A DNA stretch of 64,000 nt from Octopus sinensis (taxonomy: Eukaryota). The position numbers and the translations under genes are program-made. Each line of letters starts with the position of its first letter. Position 1 is the stretch's first letter. This document shows, one piece after another, positions 37,956 to 49,774 of the stretch. The stretch spans positions 120,218,001 to 120,282,000 of the forward strand of contig NC_042999.1 in assembly GCF_006345805.1 (NCBI RefSeq), written 5' to 3'. The notes beneath the pieces were generated by a model, which was not told the origin of the DNA, did not search any database, and saw only the letters and a program-made list of their open reading frames with translations.

Positions 37956-38750
37956 GAAAACCAACAGCTTATTTTACTGGGTATGATGGGAAGTCAGCAG
38001 ACTAAGGTGACACATGTTTACTGGTCACGCTTCAATAACATTGCGAAGAATTCTTGCAGTTCCAAGCAATGCTGAGTTCTGTAGGTGTTCTACCGTCACA
38101 CTTACACCGATCTCTTTGAGCCACGTTGGTAGATGAGTGCTGATACTTCCAAGTGCACCAATTACTAGTGATATCGTGTCTACCCTCTTCATTGACAAGT
38201 CTTCGTATTTCCCACTTTAGATCGTCATAGTTCTTTTACTTGTTTCAATCATTTGACTGCAGATGCTGTTGTCGACCGGGACATGCTATGTCGATTAACA
38301 TATATATTCTTTCTTTTTTATTGATCAGGTGATCGCACTGGGTCATTACATCCTACAGGTTATTGCAATTCTCATTTTTGGGGACTCCTGAGGTTTTCTC
38401 ATACATCGTCTTTGCTCTTTGTAGGTCGTGATTTCCACAGAGCTCCCAATAGATCCTTGTTGCCATATTGTCGTGGTGTTGTTTGTATTCCCGTTGCGCC
38501 AATTTCGGTCACTCGCTAACGATGTACCGTACCGTTTCACCTCTCTCATCACACATTCTGCATTTGTCGCTATCGGTAGTGTTGTCAAATCCGCACTTCA
38601 TATAATTGGTCCTTAACGCTTGTTCTTGAGCTGCGTATATGAGTGCATCTGTCTGTATCTTCTGATCACTCCTCCTCATCCATAGCCACCGGTCCTCTGT
38701 ATCTGTCTTGGCATTCATATGTCTTGCAAACTCACCGTACATTTTTTATT
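37953..38750 (-). mobile_element. 5'-truncated R4/Dong-like LINE, family C
   Basis: LIYAAQEQALRTNY..CRMCDERGETVRYIVSEC; C-terminal LQNSALLGTARILR. Confidence 0.8.
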
Positions 38751-38769
38751 TGTTTATTATTATTAATAT

Positions 38770-38814
<45 letters not shown>

Positions 38815-38824
38815 CAGTAGTAGT

Positions 38825-38884
<60 letters not shown>

Positions 38885-38899
38885 TAGTAGTAGTAGTAA

Positions 38900-39200
38900 G
38901 TGATGAAAACTCAAAGCTTATGTCACTGTGTATCATAAAAGGTGTCAGCTGTACACAACCACCAGATTAAGGTGGCACTTCTTTACTAGCCACGCTTCAA
39001 GAACTTCGCGAAGAATTCTTGCAGTTCCAAGCAATGCTGAGTTCTGTAGGTGTTCTAAATTAACACTTGTATTAAATTTTTGAGTCATGTTGTTAATTGT
39101 GTGCTGGTAATTCTAAGCGCATCAATTACTTTTGATATCACGTTTACTCTCCTCATTGACTACAACCTTCGTATATCCCACTTCAAATCACTAACTGGAT
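38900..39200 (-). mobile_element. 3' fragment of a family-C-like R4/Dong LINE
   Basis: GCGAAGAATTCTTGCAGTTCCAAGCAATGCTGAGTTCTGTAGGTGTTC is shared with ~38044-38090; abuts (TAG)n. Confidence 0.75.
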
Positions 39201-39334
39201 CTCGTTGGTCTTTCTGATAGTTAATTTCTAAATCAGGAGAAGCAAACGTAGGTCTGTCAGTATTTGAGTGTCTTTGCTCATTCTTATTGTAAACCTGTAG
39301 GTCAAGAGACTTTTAAAATTTTTCACTAAGCTTC

Positions 39335-40330
39335 AGGACTGAAACTTGTTTGGCATCTTCATGCTTCAGTGCAGCTCATATGATCCAAACCCCAATTACA
39401 GAGAGGAACTTGACAAAATAATTCTGGAAATGGAAGAAAACAGTTTCATTAATAAGGCTGAATCTAGGATTTTACGGTCAAAAAGAACACCTGTATTTTA
39501 CGCTACCCCTAAAATACACAAAAAAGTTTGAAGGTTTTCCTACCATGCGCTTAATTTGCAGCGGATATGAATGTTGTACTGCTAGAATTCCGAAATGGCT
39601 GGATAGCTTTCTACTCCTCGACCCAAAAAGATCAAGTTCTTATACTCAGGATACTTTTGATTTTGGGTCTAAAATCAATAACTTTTTTAAGCACCGAAGC
39701 CGTGTCGAGAACTGATTTTTGGTAACTATGGATGTTTCTTCCTTATATCCTAATATTGACCACGAAGTAGGAGTAGAAGCATACATGGATGCCTTAAAAA
39801 AGTGGTCAAAAAAAGTATTCCATCAAATTTTCTCTGTAGATTATTGAGGTTTGTGTTACAAAGTAGCACAATGAAGTTTAAACAGAGATTTTACCACCAG
39901 ACGAAGGGTTGCACCATGGTTGCCCCCTTTGCAGTTAATTTCGCTAATGATTTCATGACGAAATTCGAGACGCAGTTACTCAGACATTCAAATTGCTTCG
40001 TGGACATGAACCAATTCTCTGGTTACGGTTCTTTGATGACGTATTTTTATCTGGGAAGGATCACATAATACTTTAATGGACTTCCTGCAGTTCTGTGATT
40101 GTTGTGCTAAAAACTATGGCTTTAAGTCCAACATAAAATTTACGTCTAGGTTTTCAAAACTAGCGTTGAATTTTTGGACACAAAAGTCAAGTTTTCTGGA
40201 GGCAGAATAGTGACAGAATTATTTTGCAGGCCCACGTCATCCCACATTTATCTCCACCGCTGCTCTGATCATCCACAACATATTAGGTCTATCCGAAATC
40301 CTAATTTTTGAGGATAAAACGCTTATGTAC
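39335..40330 (+). mobile_element. Penelope-like element reverse transcriptase relic
   Basis: RTPVFYATPKIHK, LVTMDVSSLYPNIDH, YHQTKGCTM.APFA..FAN, RFFDDVF, YLHRCSDHP; multiple frameshifts. Confidence 0.85.
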
Positions 40331-41400
40331 ACTCTATTTTGGGGAGTAAAACGCTCTTGTACACACCCTATTCGCTAGATTTAGCATGTACTGATTTCCA
40401 TCTGTCCTCCAAGATGAAAATGCAAGATGATTGCCATTTTGACACTGATGTCGAGATTCAGAGTGGATCGTAGAAGGCCATCGACTCGCTTACATAAAAT
40501 TATTTCCAGGCCAAATTGCAAAAGTAGTAAGAACGCTGTGACTGGTATATTACTGCGCAAGGTGACTATTTCGAAAGTAATGATTTTAAGACTTAGGTAA
40601 ATAAATCATTTATTGTTAGTCATAGCTAGTCCAAGAACCTTTTGATACCACGTCGTATTTGCAAAGTTGAAAAATAATACGATGAATGATGTACATGAAG
40701 ACATCATAAATATACAGTTCTAGAGGTTCGGGAACGAGAACATAATGCCATACGCCTATAAAAACTAATATTAATAAACCTTGTCAACAACTCTCATAGA
40801 GCTATGGCAGTAATGTCGCCTTTGTTCGCGAGTGTTTTGACAATTATTATAATAAATTTTAACTTAATTTAACAGTCTTATGTGTTTATTATGTGGCTAA
40901 AATGGATATTCTACGATTTAATTGCTTGTTTTAGCTAACGGTTCGGGATGAAGTAATTGCTAGACACATATATAGAGGTTTTCTGGGGTGAGGCGGCACA
41001 TGATTAATTATTTATCATGAAAGTAAGGTGTACGCGATGTATCCATGTCTTAGTTAGGGAATCACACTTACACAACAACCTTACGAACGTATGAAATCCC
41101 CACATCTTCATTACTGAAATCCTCAAATCAATTTGCTATTAGTTCACACAAACAATGAAGAATTCTAGTGGCCACCTCATAGAAATATCTTTCTGAAGTT
41201 TACGTAAAAAATTTCTAATTCATTTTAAGGATAACAAAGTATTTCAGGCGTTAAAAGGTGCAAAGTGCTAACAGTGTTCTTACACTAAAATATCTAGGGC
41301 AAACAAATGCACAAAACTAGACTGCGCGCAAAAGTACGTCTTTCGAGTGCATGACAATTAATCACTTGCAAACGTACTAAGTCACTGTTCTTTATGTCTC

Positions 41401-41416
41401 TACTACTACTACTACT

Positions 41417-41454
<38 letters not shown>

Positions 41455-41545
41455 GCTACTGCTGCTGCCACCACCACCACCACCACTACTACTACTACTA
41501 TTACTACTACTTCTTCTACCACTACTTCTACTAATACTACTACCA
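41401..41545. repeat. (TAC)/(TGC)/(CAC) compound microsatellite
   Basis: Read directly from the sequence. Confidence 0.9.
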
Positions 41546-42334
41546 CAATTGTTTCAGCTATTGTGAATTGAAATAATAGGACACTTTAATTCCAGTAGAC
41601 CTGATATATCTCCTTTTCTCATTCTTGCTGTCAATTCTCATTACCACTGCCCTCATAGATATAGGTCATGCATTCCACTCTCATGGTTAAATCTGCTAGA
41701 ATTTTTCCTTTGCTTTACTTTTTGTACATATGTAGACACAAAGAATACAGAGTATACATCAACAACATAGTATCAGTTTCTTGAACTTTATCATTTCTAC
41801 GAAGACGTCGGTAGTCTTCCTGCTATAACTAATTGATTTAAGAGGTGTTTGCAAGAAACGTTTGTTTTTGTGGGGGTTATTCTTCAAAAGCAAACAAAAA
41901 AATATAACATCAGTGACATGGTCGATAGTTTCTGGAGTTGTGCAGACTCAAGGCACTTCCAGTTTGTTAGCAATACTTAAGTGAATCAGAAATTATATTT
42001 AGCAATACATAGTCAAAGCTTATAGGCAAATTTACGTGTATAATAAAATTGTCACCACCATAAACGTTCTATGGAAATTATATGATCTTGTAGTGTTGCG
42101 AGCGAGATGGCTTTTGCTGCATTTCTCTATGAGTAGAACACTTATCGCTCTGAGAATATGGTTTCTTGAAAAGTGTATTAATTCTATTACGGTTCATCTA
42201 CAGGATGTAATGATATCAATCCCACTTTAGTAACTTTATATGCATGAACGTGTGCACAATATAGGCGTACGGACGTGAGGATGCAGATACACGTATAGAT
42301 GCATGTTTGCTAGTTTTGAATGCGCGTATAACAA

Positions 42335-42372
<38 letters not shown>

Positions 42373-42504
42373 ACATACAGATGTAGTATATATGTAAATG
42401 CATCTTATGTATAGAGGTACGTATATTATATATCTATATATTGAATCGTTTCTCTTTGTATACTGTAAATTATGTATTTTGTGTTGATTATGAGGAGCAG
42501 GAAC

Positions 42505-42563
<59 letters not shown>

Positions 42564-42567
42564 TAAT

Positions 42568-42830
42568 AAGCATATATTACTTCTTTATATTCTTCCCGGT
42601 TCCATTTAGTTATTTTACTTTTTTGATTTTCTGGTCGTTGTGGTGGTGAAATCTGGGGGCTTAATTTGGGACAAATCCCGTTTAAGTGACCTTCCAGGTT
42701 TGTATTCGGGGAAGATATTCTGCCATTTGAAAAGTTTTCGCCATCAGACTGGCAGCCTCCTGACGGGCGCGCTTCCTTTATAACCATTGGACAAGTGATT
42801 CGGTGTACTGTTAGAAATTTTCTTTTCAAG
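42568..42830 (-). mobile_element. 5' ORF fragment of an R4/Dong-like LINE
   Basis: KWNREEYKEVIYAYY matches the N-terminal KWTREEY..I..AY motif of the 53.4 kb copy. Confidence 0.7.
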
Positions 42831-42924
42831 TAAAGTTAAATTATTATTAAGTTTTCATTTTTAAAAAAATTGAATAAAAGATTTAACCACTAATTTTTAT
42901 ATAGGGGCCTCATTTATCATCATT

Positions 42925-43446
42925 AGCAGCAGCAGCAGCCCCAGTAGTTGTAGCAACAGCAATATCATTGTCAGCAGTTGGAGCGGCAGTGGTAGTAGCA
43001 ATAGTAATGGCCGCAGCAACAGCATCAGTAGTAGTAGCAGCAACAGCATCAGCATCAGCAGTAGCAGTGGTAGTATCAGCAGCTGTGGTAGTACCAGTAG
43101 TAGTAGTAGCAGCAGCAGCAGTAGCAGCAGCAGCAGCAACAATGGTAGCAATAGTAGTAGTAGTGACAGCAGCAGCAGTGGTAGTAGTGACAGCAGCAGC
43201 AGTGGTAGTAGCAGCAGTAGTAGCAGCAACAGCAGCAGTAGTAGTGGCCGTAGTTGTAGCAGCAGCAGTGGTAGCAGCAGTGGTAGCAGCAGCAGTAATA
43301 GTGGTCGTAGTTGTAGCAGCAGCAGCAGTAGTAGCAGCAGTAGTAGTAACTGCAGCAGTAGTAGTAGCAAAAGCAGCAGCTGTAGTAGCAGCAGCAGTAG
43401 CAGCTGTAGTAGTAGCAGTAGTAGCTACAGCAGCAGCAGTACCAGT

Positions 43447-43525
<79 letters not shown>
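42925..43525. repeat. ~600-bp mixed (GCA)/(GTA)/(GTG) triplet array
   Basis: Read directly; produces the spurious poly-A/V, poly-L and poly-C/Y ORFs. Confidence 0.95.
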
Positions 43526-43554
43526 AGTGTGGCTCATGTAATTTTTTTTTATCA

Positions 43555-44120
43555 TCCTGAAGCTGTGACTGATGGAGAAAATGTGTCGATTCTATGGGAC
43601 TCCTCCGTGCAGACCGACAAGACTATAAAAGCCAATAAACCGGATATCATTATAAAAGATTAGACAAAAAGGATGTGTTTATTAATTGACATGAGTATTC
43701 CCTGTGATCACAATATAGCGGTGAAAGAATTTGACAAGATTAGTAAATATAAAAACCTGCTAATGGAAATTGAAAACATGTGGCATCTCAAGACGACTAC
43801 AGTACCAGTGATTGTAGGATCTCTAGGAATGATAAAAAAAGGTACTGAAACCTATTTGAAAATGATTCCAGGCTTACCATCCCTACAGGAAGTGCAAAAA
43901 ATCGTATTAACTGGAACGGCTCATGTACTGAGAAGAGCACTATCGTTGTAAAAATAACATCCATCCATGAATTTATTTATTTATTAATTTTTAAATACAT
44001 ATTTTATCTGTGAATTTGCGCGTGTAATCTGGGAATGCATACAATGCCCTTCTCTGCCCTAGGTGTATGGAAAACACTCCGCGAGAAACGGAAGAATATT
44101 TGAAGAAAGAAGGAAAAAAC

Positions 44121-44140
<20 letters not shown>
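43555..44140 (+). mobile_element. 3' end of an R4/Dong-like LINE (RLE + 3' UTR) ending in (TAA)n
   Basis: ILWDSSVQTDKTIKANKPDIII..LIDMSIP..KISKYKNL..PVIVGSLG..GTAHVLRRAL. Confidence 0.85.
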
Positions 44141-44165
<25 letters not shown>

Positions 44166-44319
44166 GCAATCATAATAATAACAGTCAGTACTTAATATGA
44201 AAAGAGGGGAGAAAGCAGCCATCTTTTATACCAAGACAAAACAATGTACATGATAACACTTCCAATCAGTTAAGATCAGAAACCTCGAGAGCCACTGCCT
44301 GGTACTGCATTATTATGTA

Positions 44320-45000
44320 AGGGAAAAATTAATCATTTGCTCTACATGGATTATCTGAAGCTTTTTAGTAATAATGAAAAAGATAAATTCCTTAATACAG
44401 ACTATAAGACACTTCAGCAAAGATATGGGTATGGAATTTGGCATAGATATGTGTGCAATATTAGTTATGAGAAAGCGACAGCTGGTGAACAGCGAGGGAT
44501 TCCAATTACCAGATGGAAAGACATTAAAATCATCGAAAGGAGGAGAGAGTTATAAGTATCTAGGAGTATTAGAATCTAATATGGTGCTAACTACAGAAAT
44601 GCAAGCGAAAATTGAGATGGTGTACATAAGCAGGGTGAGGATGCTAATGAAGTCAAAGCTAAATTGTCCGAATCTAGTGAAAACTGTAGATATATGTGCA
44701 GTATCATTTCTTAGATACCCAGCAGCTTTTGTAGATTAAACAAAAACTGAATTAGTAAAGCTAGACAGAAGAACTAGGAAGAAATTAAATATAAATGGAG
44801 GTCACCACCCAAGGGCAGGAGTAGCAAGATTATACCTACCTAAAAGGGAAGGGGAAGAGGGTTAATATCAGTAGAAGTTAACCACTTAACTAAGATAAGC
44901 GTGGAGTTAACTAGAGTAGATATAGACTCATATGTATGTAGTAGTGAAGTATATTAAAAGCGGCTAGAATCAAAGCAAGACATCGCTAAACCAAAAACCC
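44320..45000 (+). mobile_element. R4/Dong-like RT C-terminal fragment
   Basis: INHLLYMDYLKL, MEFGIDMCA, YKYLGV, LDRRTRK. Confidence 0.75.
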
Positions 45001-45129
45001 AAACGAAACGACACTAAGCTGACAAGGGTATTATTTAGTCTATTTAAGATAACCCTCTCAAGGATCTTTCCAGAAATACATAAAAGGAGATTCATCTATG
45101 GTTGTCACATTCATATTTGTTACGCTTGT

Positions 45130-46700
45130 ACTTATAAAGATGGACAATAGAAGACCCTTTGAACTCCTGCAGGACTGATCCTGATTCCCATATTAAGAAG
45201 AGTTCACATAGCTTGTTCAGCAGGAGACGTCAACCACATTCATATATCTCGGCTGGTATGCCATCGTTCGCAGACGATTTTCCATTCTTGAGTTACTGTA
45301 TGGCCTTTTTTTACTTCAGCACGAGATGGAGCGACTGGCAGTTCTTAAAGGACAGGCCTTTGTGGTAGGTTGATGGTCAGTTCTTCATCAAGAATTGAGT
45401 CTATATTAAAAATATTTGAAAAGTGCTCTGCCCAGCGCTTCGGGATCTCCTTTTTATCGTTTAGAAGATTATCCTCGGTTGAAAGTATGAGAGTTGAACC
45501 ATCAGACACAAGTCCAAAAACACCCATTAAATTCTGGTAAAATGACCTGGAGACACATCTGTCCGCAGCATCTCGCAATTCTGGAGCCTTCTTTTGCCAC
45601 CATGTCTGTTTCATTTGCCTTAGTTAAGATTGAAATGTATTTCTGGCCTTTTTAAACTCCTTTTTTGTGGTATTATTTTTATATGACATCCATCGAAAGT
45701 GGCACTTGTGCATATTTTCCAAAAGAGGATATATGTTTGAATCATTTGATGCTTCCTCTGAACATACCTAAGTGTTTCACAAGATGATTCCAATACAGCA
45801 TTTTTAAAAGCAGACCACGCTGCTTCAATATCTGTGTTGCCTGGGATGCTTGCAAGTTTGTTGTCACAGGTTGTTTGAAATGAGTTTAAATTGTTATTGT
45901 TCCTCAGCTTTGTCACATCCGCTTTTCGAATTGGTCGAGTGCGATTGCAATGGATAAGAGTGAAGATAGTAAAACTCACCAATCTTATCAGTCTATGGTG
46001 AAAACAGCACTCCCAATGGAGAAAGAACGTGTTACTTGTACATCTTCCCTCATGGAAGAACTCACATTTATGTGCTCAACGAAGGGATAATAGTATAATT
46101 TATGATACTTCCAGGTAGTTTTGTAGTGGTTGGGAAGTTGAAAGACAGTATTGGTAATCAAAATCCATACTCACTGCAAAGCGATAGCAGGAGATGGCCG
46201 TTTAAGTTTGCCTTGCCAGCCCCATGCTCCCCTATTATGTCACTTCATATGAATGTATCACAGCCTACACGTGCGTTGAAATCACCAAGGTAACGTAGCG
46301 CAAAGCAGAACTTTTGACTTGTTTACTTGATTTAATGGTTGGAGCATAGCAGCTGAAAATAGTTGCATATTTATTTTTGCCAATGCAGTTGCGCAATGAT
46401 ATGGGTCTTTCACTGCCAACAGGCAGAGATTCAAGTTGTTTCACCAGGACATTCCGAATAGCCAACCCAATACCCGTCTCTTTCTTTACTTTTAGGGGCT
46501 TACCCATCCAGAGAAAAGTTTATCCACCATCAACTTTCTATAACTGACCATAATCCGCCAATCTTGTTTCTGAAAGAGCTGCTATTCCGATGTTTTTTTT
46601 TCCATCAAGACAAGGACAACCAAAGCGGTCCTACGATATTTATCTTTCTTGCTGCCCTGAAGAGTTCTCACATTCCGAGATGCAATAAATAGGTTTTCTG
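45130..46700 (-). mobile_element. Decayed RTE-clade LINE (APE endonuclease and tether)
   Basis: ASRNVRTL, IAALSETRL, GIGLAIRN.LV, TIFSCYAPT, KRWAEHFSNIFN. Confidence 0.8.
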
Positions 46701-47627
46701 TTTTCAGTTTGTTTAGTTTTCAGGTGCAGGTTTTGGTGCCGAGTCATTTGTACCTAATGACAAGGAACGATGCGAGTAAAAAATTTTGGGGTTGCATTTA
46801 CTTGACCCCTCCTCCAGACAGTTACGTGATAGAAAAAACGGACCACAATACATCCAGATAGACGATACAAAGAAAAGAAAGGACGGGTCATTCGGAGTTT
46901 TCTTTCCTCATTCAATAATTTGCAATATAAATCGAATAGTGTTTCGTTTTATATTATATGTTTCATCCGAAATACTTTAAATCACAGTGTATACTATCCT
47001 CATTTACGTATAGACATTTGTCTTTGTCGTTCTTCTTGCATAGTTCATCAGTGAATGTCGTCTATATATTAGTATATTATTTTTTATTTTCTCCTTTTCT
47101 ATCTTTCATTTTCTCTGTTCACTCTTTCCTTTATGTTACAACATCCTCTTCTTTCTATTTTCTTACCCGCTTTGTTTTATTTTCCCCATATTTTATGTTG
47201 CACCTTGTACATCTGCCTTTATTTTAGACGTCAATTCTCTTACCAGAATTTTTCTTCTATTTTACTCATTCGCGCACTGTTAACCTACTGACTGCACTCA
47301 GATTCTCTTTATCTGTCAGCGGAGTGAAATAACACTATCTCTTTTCTATGTGTTTTGAGTGAAAAAAATCAAGTATAGAGATTTAAGACGTTTCCTGATG
47401 GGCAACGGAAAACAAGTAGTGACTGACGCAGCCTCGTATAAGAGCAAATGTTATACCACTCTCAGATTATTGAGTACTTTCTGGCTTTATTAAAATTTAT
47501 ATCAATATGAATCCATAATCTTTTTCTTCCCTTTTACTCTTTCGCCCACCCTCTCGCTCTCATATCTATATATACATACATATGTGTATGTATATGAGTA
47601 AAATTTTATAATTCTTTTAATTATCTT

Positions 47628-47770
47628 TTGCAAGTCTCAGTCATTTGACTCTGGCTATGCTAATGCACTGCTTCATATGATATAGTCGATTACATCGACT
47701 CATGTTCTTGTTTTATCGGCCTATCGACCTGAGATAAAAGGCAACTTTGAATTAAAAACGTTAGAAGACG
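47628..47770 (-). mobile_element. Degenerate SINE fragment
   Basis: CAGTCATTTGAC..GTCGATTACATCGAC. Confidence 0.5.
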
Positions 47771-47871
47771 TAACCAATTACAACGAGATGCTTTTTCATT
47801 CGGTCTGCCGGTTCTGCCTTTCCATACCCCGTATCTATCTGTCTGTCTTTATCCGTATGTGTGTGTGTGTG

Positions 47872-47910
<39 letters not shown>

Positions 47911-48022
47911 ATATATGTGTGTGTGTGTGTATATGTATGTAGGCATGTATGTACACACACACACATATATATATATATACACACATACATTTATATACGA
48001 CTAATACAGATGCGATTGTGTA

Positions 48023-48086
<64 letters not shown>

Positions 48087-48844
48087 GTGTGTGTTTGTGT
48101 ATGGGAATATATATGCAAAGGCTGCTAGTTAAGTATATCGATAGAAAAAGTTATAATTAGATCGATAAATATCTACAGATATTTACAGTTAAGAAAACTC
48201 TTTGCTAATATAACAAAGTTTGATAAGATATTTTTCTTTATATCATGAATATCCGAGAACCGTAAGCTATAAATATATTTGTATAAAAGAAATTTAAAAA
48301 AGTTTTAAAAAACGAAACTATCTATCACCTCTGTCTTTCTTGTATCAGGAATCTGAATAGTGAATGTTTCTCTCTAAGACATAAACATGAGCAATATTTT
48401 TAATGAAGGATCAACACGTTACCCACAACAACTATAATACCCATGGGATACTCCAGGCTCTTACTGCTTGACCTTCGCCGGTGAGATTGTTAAAGTTTCA
48501 ACAGCAGCAAAATATAATCCATCACATATCCAAGGCTCTAGAATTTTAGCCTCTTCACCAAACCGAACTAAGACAACTTTTATCGATACTGAAAAGTAAA
48601 AGGATTAAGTGGATTGAATTTCAGCGGAATACAGACCACAGGGGAATATTGCAAATATCCTATCAGGCGATCTAACAACTGTGTCAATTATTTGCTTTAT
48701 GAATTTCTTTATGTAACACAAAATAGCACATTTAACTTTAAAATGAATACAAATATATCAAATGTGTGTACACATATTAGCATCTTTACAACCGAAAATA
48801 ATAATAATAATAATAATATGATAATAATAATAATAATAATAATA

Positions 48845-48883
<39 letters not shown>

Positions 48884-48886
<3 letters not shown>

Positions 48887-49608
48887 TAGTTTTATTTTTA
48901 TAGTGTGCTTTCACTTCACTAACGAGCGCAGCTCTGTGTGCCTTGGGTATGTGCTGTGATTTGTTGTGATGCTCTGATGGGTATTGTTTTGAAATTGTTT
49001 TGCGTAGGATGCGTGCAGTGCCCAGTAGTGCAATTTTCTGTATGTTATACGTATCATTGTTGTATCCAAGTCTTTATTTAGGTTATTTTTCTTCCATATT
49101 TGATATGTATGTTGTTGTGTTTTCGTTCGTTGGATAGATCACTGCTGTAAAGTAAGCGTGTAGGACTGAAATATATTCTCACGTGTCCATTTATGCCTTT
49201 TTGGTTTTATTCGCGGGACATGAGGAACAACGTCCGCCTCTTTATTTTGACGGTCATCATTTTTGTAGGGTACCGGTCCGTTCATTTCTGTTGTCACATT
49301 GTTTTGCACGTGTAGTTTTTCGTACTTTTTGTGTAACAAGTTTAAAGTAAGCACTTCCCGATTGTTATCCTTGGGCTGAATAATACCGGTATTATTTAAT
49401 TTATTTGTAATATTTTTCGTACATGGTGTTGATGGATCGTAATGTATCAAGTATGTTTACATGTGCTGTACGAGAGGTGGAGATGATATCCAGTTAAAAT
49501 ACATCATTTAATCAATTTCAATGTGTATTACCTACTCGGATATTGTCCAATTCTTTGTCAGCAATTTTTTGGCTTGATGCGATGTCTTTATTTCCGATGT
49601 TTGTGGAC
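48884..49608 (-). mobile_element. Internally deleted R4/Dong family A derivative (5' ~560 bp joined to 3' ~170 bp)
   Basis: 49050-49608 matches ~53000-53585 and 48884-49050 matches 49678-49845. Confidence 0.85.
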
Positions 49609-49640
49609 TATTATTATTATCATTATTATTATTATTATTA

Positions 49641-49680
<40 letters not shown>

Positions 49681-49774
49681 TAGTTTTATTTTTATAGCGT
49701 GCTTTCACTTCACTACCGAGCACAGCTCTGTGTGCCTTGGGTATGTGCTGTGATTTGTTGTGATGCTCTGATGG

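Noticed and set aside
42897-43663. Long ORFs (157-231 aa) on both strands
   Set aside because: Read-through of a stop-free GCA/GTA triplet array; no coding signal. The same applies to the many YI/HT/VC/poly-residue ORFs.
46930-47420. Partial hammerhead-like strings (CGGATGA..GAAA ~46950; CTGATGA ~47046; GAAACGTC ~47390)
   Set aside because: Each lacks either the core or the supporting helices.
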